Source: Candidatus Zixiibacteriota bacterium
GTDB taxonomy: Bacteria > Zixibacteria > MSB-5A5 > GN15 > FEB-12
Reading direction: 5' to 3'
NCBI GenBank assembly: GCA_020346225.1
Contig: CP070777.1
Span: 303,976-367,975 of the forward strand
DNA: 64,000 nt
Positions within the stretch are counted from its first letter, which is position 1; each line of letters begins with the position of its first letter. The notes beneath the pieces were generated by a model. That model did not search any database. It was not told the DNA's origin and worked only from the letters and a program-made list of their open reading frames with translations. Positions 61,334-64,000 of the stretch are shown here, piece by piece. Position numbers and translations under genes: made by a program.

Positions 61334-62188
61334 TCACCGCAGCCCGGTTATTTGCAGAAAATGTCGACGCAGCCCTTCCGTTACGGGGCCTGTCTTGATT
61401 CGGAAATTCTTCCTGGCCGTTTTGATTTGAGAAACACCGACCACCAGTTTGAGAGAACTCGAAATGAACACCTCGTCGGCCGCCACCAGTTGCTCCAGTC
61501 GGCAGTTTCTTTCTCTTACCGTCATCCCCAGCTGCCGCGCCACCTTGATGGCGATCCCGCGTGTGATCCCGTCCAGGCACCCCGAACCTATCGCCGGCGT
61601 GTAAACGACTCCGCCTTCCACCCAGAACACGTTCGCCGAAGTAACCTCGGCCACTTTGTCCGACTCGTTCAAAAGCAGGGCGTCGTCGCAACCGCGCTTT
61701 TTCGCCTGCTTCAGAGCGGCGGCGTGGATGGCGTAGGATAGGGTCTTGATGACTCGAAAAACCGATTTCTGGTCGACGCGAAACTCGGAAACATGAAGCT
61801 TGAATGGTTGCGAAGGCATCTCGTGCGGCGAGGCGCTCAGGATTACTTGCGGTTTGCCGGACACGCCGACCCAGCGGGCCGATTCTCCGCTGGTTACGGT
61901 CATACGCAGTTTCTTGATGCGGTCGGGATGGGCTTTTAACGTTCTTCGCATCCACAGGCTCAGGGTCTTCGCCGTTACCGGAATGCGCAGATCGATTACG
62001 CCGGCACCCTTATAAAGCCTCCTGAGATGCTCTGCCGGAAATATTATTTGGTCGTCCACAGCCAGGAAGGTTTCGAACAGACCTTCGGCGTAAAGCACGG
62101 CGTTGTCGAACACCGAGATTTTGTCCCGGCCGCGCCTGACCAGGCGCCCGTTGATGCTGGTTACTGTTTTGAGTTTCTTGCCGCGCAA
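61334..62188 (-). CDS. Class IV (fold-type IV) PLP aminotransferase family protein (BCAT / D-aminotransferase / ADC-lyase type)
   Basis: VFDNAVLYAEGLFETF, IKTLSY (Lys), GCDDALLLN, ANVFWV and GITR motifs. TTG start. Confidence 0.8.
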   Translation of the reverse strand: MRGKKLKTVTSINGRLVRRGRDKISVFDNAVLYAEGLFETFLAVDDQIIFPAEHLRRLYKGAGVIDLRIPVTAKTLSLWMRRTLKAHPDRIKKLRMTVTSGESARWVGVSGKPQVILSASPHEMPSQPFKLHVSEFRVDQKSVFRVIKTLSYAIHAAALKQAKKRGCDDALLLNESDKVAEVTSANVFWVEGGVVYTPAIGSGCLDGITRGIAIKVARQLGMTVRERNCRLEQLVAADEVFISSSLKLVVGVSQIKTARKNFRIKTGPVTEGLRRHFLQITGLR

Positions 62189-62494
62189 ATCATCTATCCC
62201 TGACTGCCGTGAGCTGAAGTCTTCTCATTATATATGCCCCTCAAGGTGGTGTCAGCCACTTTTTTGCTGACCCGGTGCCGCCCGCTGTCGGACCTAAGCC
62301 AAGTTGGCACAATATCTTACCCTTTGTTCTGGCTGGGCTTTACCGGGCACCGGGAAAATTCTGTTGACGCCCCGTATTTATTTGTTAACTTATTATATGA
62401 CAATAAGTAATAAGGCTTCCGCGAACCGAGAAATCTGGAACTTCCGGACCCTTCGTGGGTAGTATTAGTAAAGAACTGAACCTGACTTTACCAG

Positions 62495-63097
62495 ATGCCG
62501 AAAGAAACTGAAAAAGACATTGACTTCACGCTGATCAAAGCGGTTCAGAGCGGTGATATGGTAGCTTTCAACGCCCTCGTTGATCGCTACAAGGACCGGC
62601 TGATGAACGTTATTGGCAGGATGCTGTCCTCGGCCGATGAGGCCCAGGATATCGTGCAGGAGACCTTTGTCAGAGTTTACCAGCATCGCCAGTCCTTCAA
62701 CTTTCAGCATTGCTTCTCGACCTGGATTTATACCATCGCCCTTAACCTGGCCCGCAACGAGTTGAGAAAGAGAAAGAAGTTCAAGTTCTTTGACATTCAT
62801 GACATGAAGGGTAACGAAACCGAATTTGCGGTGGAAATGAAGCCACCCAGCCGATTTCCTCAGGCGCTGAATGCCGCCATCAAGGAACTGCCCGAAAAAT
62901 ATCGGACAGCCTTTATCCTTCGCGATATGCAGGAGTTGCCGTACGAGGAAGTGGCCAAAATTCTGGGCGTTCCCCTCGGAACCGTCAAGTCGCGCGTCAA
63001 TCGTGCCCGCATGATGTTGCGCGACAAACTGCTGCCCAAAATGGAGGGATACGATGCGTTGTCGAAAAGTGCGCTCTTACCTGTCGGCCTACTCTAA
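62495..63097 (+). CDS. ECF-type RNA polymerase sigma factor
   Basis: Region 2 (DIVQETFVRVY, STWIYTIALN) and region 4 (LPYEEVAKILGVPLGTVKSRVNRAR). Confidence 0.9.
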   Translation: MPKETEKDIDFTLIKAVQSGDMVAFNALVDRYKDRLMNVIGRMLSSADEAQDIVQETFVRVYQHRQSFNFQHCFSTWIYTIALNLARNELRKRKKFKFFDIHDMKGNETEFAVEMKPPSRFPQALNAAIKELPEKYRTAFILRDMQELPYEEVAKILGVPLGTVKSRVNRARMMLRDKLLPKMEGYDALSKSALLPVGLL

Positions 63098-63749
63098 CGG
63101 GGAGTTGACTGATCGAACCAGGCTGGCGGTCGTCGAGCATCTTTCGACTTGTTCAGCCTGTCGAAAAGAGGAAGCCATATACAAGAACATTAATGCCGCC
63201 CGGGCCGATGTGGACAAACTCACTGTCACCGAGGATTTCAACGTTCAGCTCCTCAACCGAATCGCCCGGGAGCGTTTCGCCGAAACCCGCACCAGGGCTT
63301 TTCTGCCGAAACCGGCGCCGCGCGTGTCGTTCAGCCGCGTCGCCCCCGTGATGGCGGCGGCCTGTGTTGTTATCCTGGCCCTCGCCACGACCTTTTCGCC
63401 TTTGCGCCAGGCCGACCCGAATATGGCCGGTCCCGGCGGCAGTTCGCTGGACAATGCTTACTTGACGGCTCAGCCTCAGGATAATCCCAATATGGCGGTG
63501 CCGATGAATCGCGAATGGTCGCTCAGTAATGAAATGGCCAGAGCCGAGCGCATCGCCAGAATTTCCACCTCTCTGACCGCCGCCGGTAGTTTCGACCGCT
63601 ATGTCCTCTCGGGGAATGCCCGGAGAGCGTCATCGCGCGTTCTCGACCGGGCTCCTTACGTTCCCGAGTATTTCAAAGTGCGGCCAGTGGTTCGCATTTA
63701 CGGCGCTCCGCAGGCGGCTCCGGTCAAGGAGGTTATACAGGTCTATTGA
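63054..63749 (+). CDS. Anti-sigma factor (zf-HC2 N-terminus, one TM)
   Basis: MRCRKVRSYL...HLSTCSACR zinc-binding anti-sigma motif. TM VAPVMAAACVVILALA. 44-nt overlap with the sigma gene. Confidence 0.8.
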   Translation: MRCRKVRSYLSAYSNGELTDRTRLAVVEHLSTCSACRKEEAIYKNINAARADVDKLTVTEDFNVQLLNRIARERFAETRTRAFLPKPAPRVSFSRVAPVMAAACVVILALATTFSPLRQADPNMAGPGGSSLDNAYLTAQPQDNPNMAVPMNREWSLSNEMARAERIARISTSLTAAGSFDRYVLSGNARRASSRVLDRAPYVPEYFKVRPVVRIYGAPQAAPVKEVIQVY

Positions 63750-63750
63750 A

Positions 63751-64000
63751 ATGCTGAGGAATCGGTTTAGCAGGGCCGCCGGGAAATGCATCTTGACGAC
63801 AGCTTTTTGGGCGGTCCTTTTTTCGTCGGCTTTCCCGGCTGACTACTCCCTGAGTCAGTTGGAGGCGAGTCTTAATGACCTTATCTACCGGCTTTCCCGG
63901 TCGGTCGTCACCGTGGAGTCCCGTTACTCCATTCCCACCGAATTAAGCCGGGGTTCTCAGGACGAAGCCGTCTTCAACTTCTTCACTACCGGTATCATCT
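63751..64000 (+). CDS. Secreted protein, 3'-truncated by window end (possibly a DegP/MucD-like serine protease)
   Basis: My own translation from ATG 63751: MLRNRFSRAAGKCILTTAFWAVLFSSAFPADYS...SRSVVTVES...FFTTGII, open to the window end. The position after sigma/anti-sigma and the VVTVES-type start suggest an HtrA family protein. Confidence 0.45.
   Translation, partial: MLRNRFSRAAGKCILTTAFWAVLFSSAFPADYSLSQLEASLNDLIYRLSRSVVTVESRYSIPTELSRGSQDEAVFNFFTTGII

Noticed and set aside
1-64000. Search for CRISPR arrays, tRNA/rRNA genes, transposases, integrases, phage genes, toxin-antitoxin pairs and known defence systems
   Set aside because: I found no direct-repeat arrays, no T-psi-C-like GGTTCGA motifs in intergenic DNA, and no proteins with recombinase, reverse-transcriptase or nuclease-defence signatures. 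The window appears to be stable chromosome.

Overview
GC-rich chromosomal window with about 50 protein-coding genes. I see no rRNA, tRNA, CRISPR array, transposase or integrase. All family calls come from motifs read by eye in the supplied translations; no database search was possible. The content suggests an anaerobic diderm bacterium of an FCB-type lineage: BamA/Skp/LpxD/Lgt envelope genes, many lipobox lipoproteins, Por/T9SS-type C-terminal tails and [NiFe]-hydrogenase maturation genes. The lineage is inference only.

Layout:
- 1-10.1 kb: multi-PAS histidine kinase and sigma54-dependent response regulator, then a complete hypA-B-F-C-D-E operon with no hydrogenase structural genes.
- 10.1-20.3 kb: accessory surface block. 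It holds two paralogous seven-repeat beta-propeller lipoproteins, a promoter/structured-leader/terminator element in front of a heterodimeric ABC exporter with one degenerate ATP site, and a BACON-like plus BNR-propeller lipoprotein.
- 20.4-33.6 kb: mostly housekeeping (lgt, PAP2, rsmI, nadE, ssb, lpxD, skp, bamA, rplU, uvrB, SPFH).
- 33.7-42.3 kb: two jelly-roll lectin-like lipoproteins converging on a tandem pair of ~1060-aa paralogous secreted proteins with T9SS-type tails and no recognisable catalytic family.
- 42.4-50.5 kb: rlmH, yjbQ, ftsY, smc, rodZ-like, maf, dtd.
- 50.7-54.9 kb: a 1400-aa fusion of two BcrA/HgdC-type activase ATPase domains with a dehydratase/reductase-like module, a candidate anaerobic ether-lipid (PlsA/PlsR/Ger-like) enzyme.
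- 55-64 kb: trxA, rhomboid, atypical receiver protein, ccdA, DUF2064-like plus creatininase-family pair, OMP, class IV aminotransferase, ECF sigma/anti-sigma/protease.

Best candidates for something undescribed:
- the tandem giant T9SS-tailed paralogues with their lectin-like lipoprotein neighbours;
- the four-segment attenuator-like leader upstream of the ABC exporter;
- the propeller-lipoprotein family.
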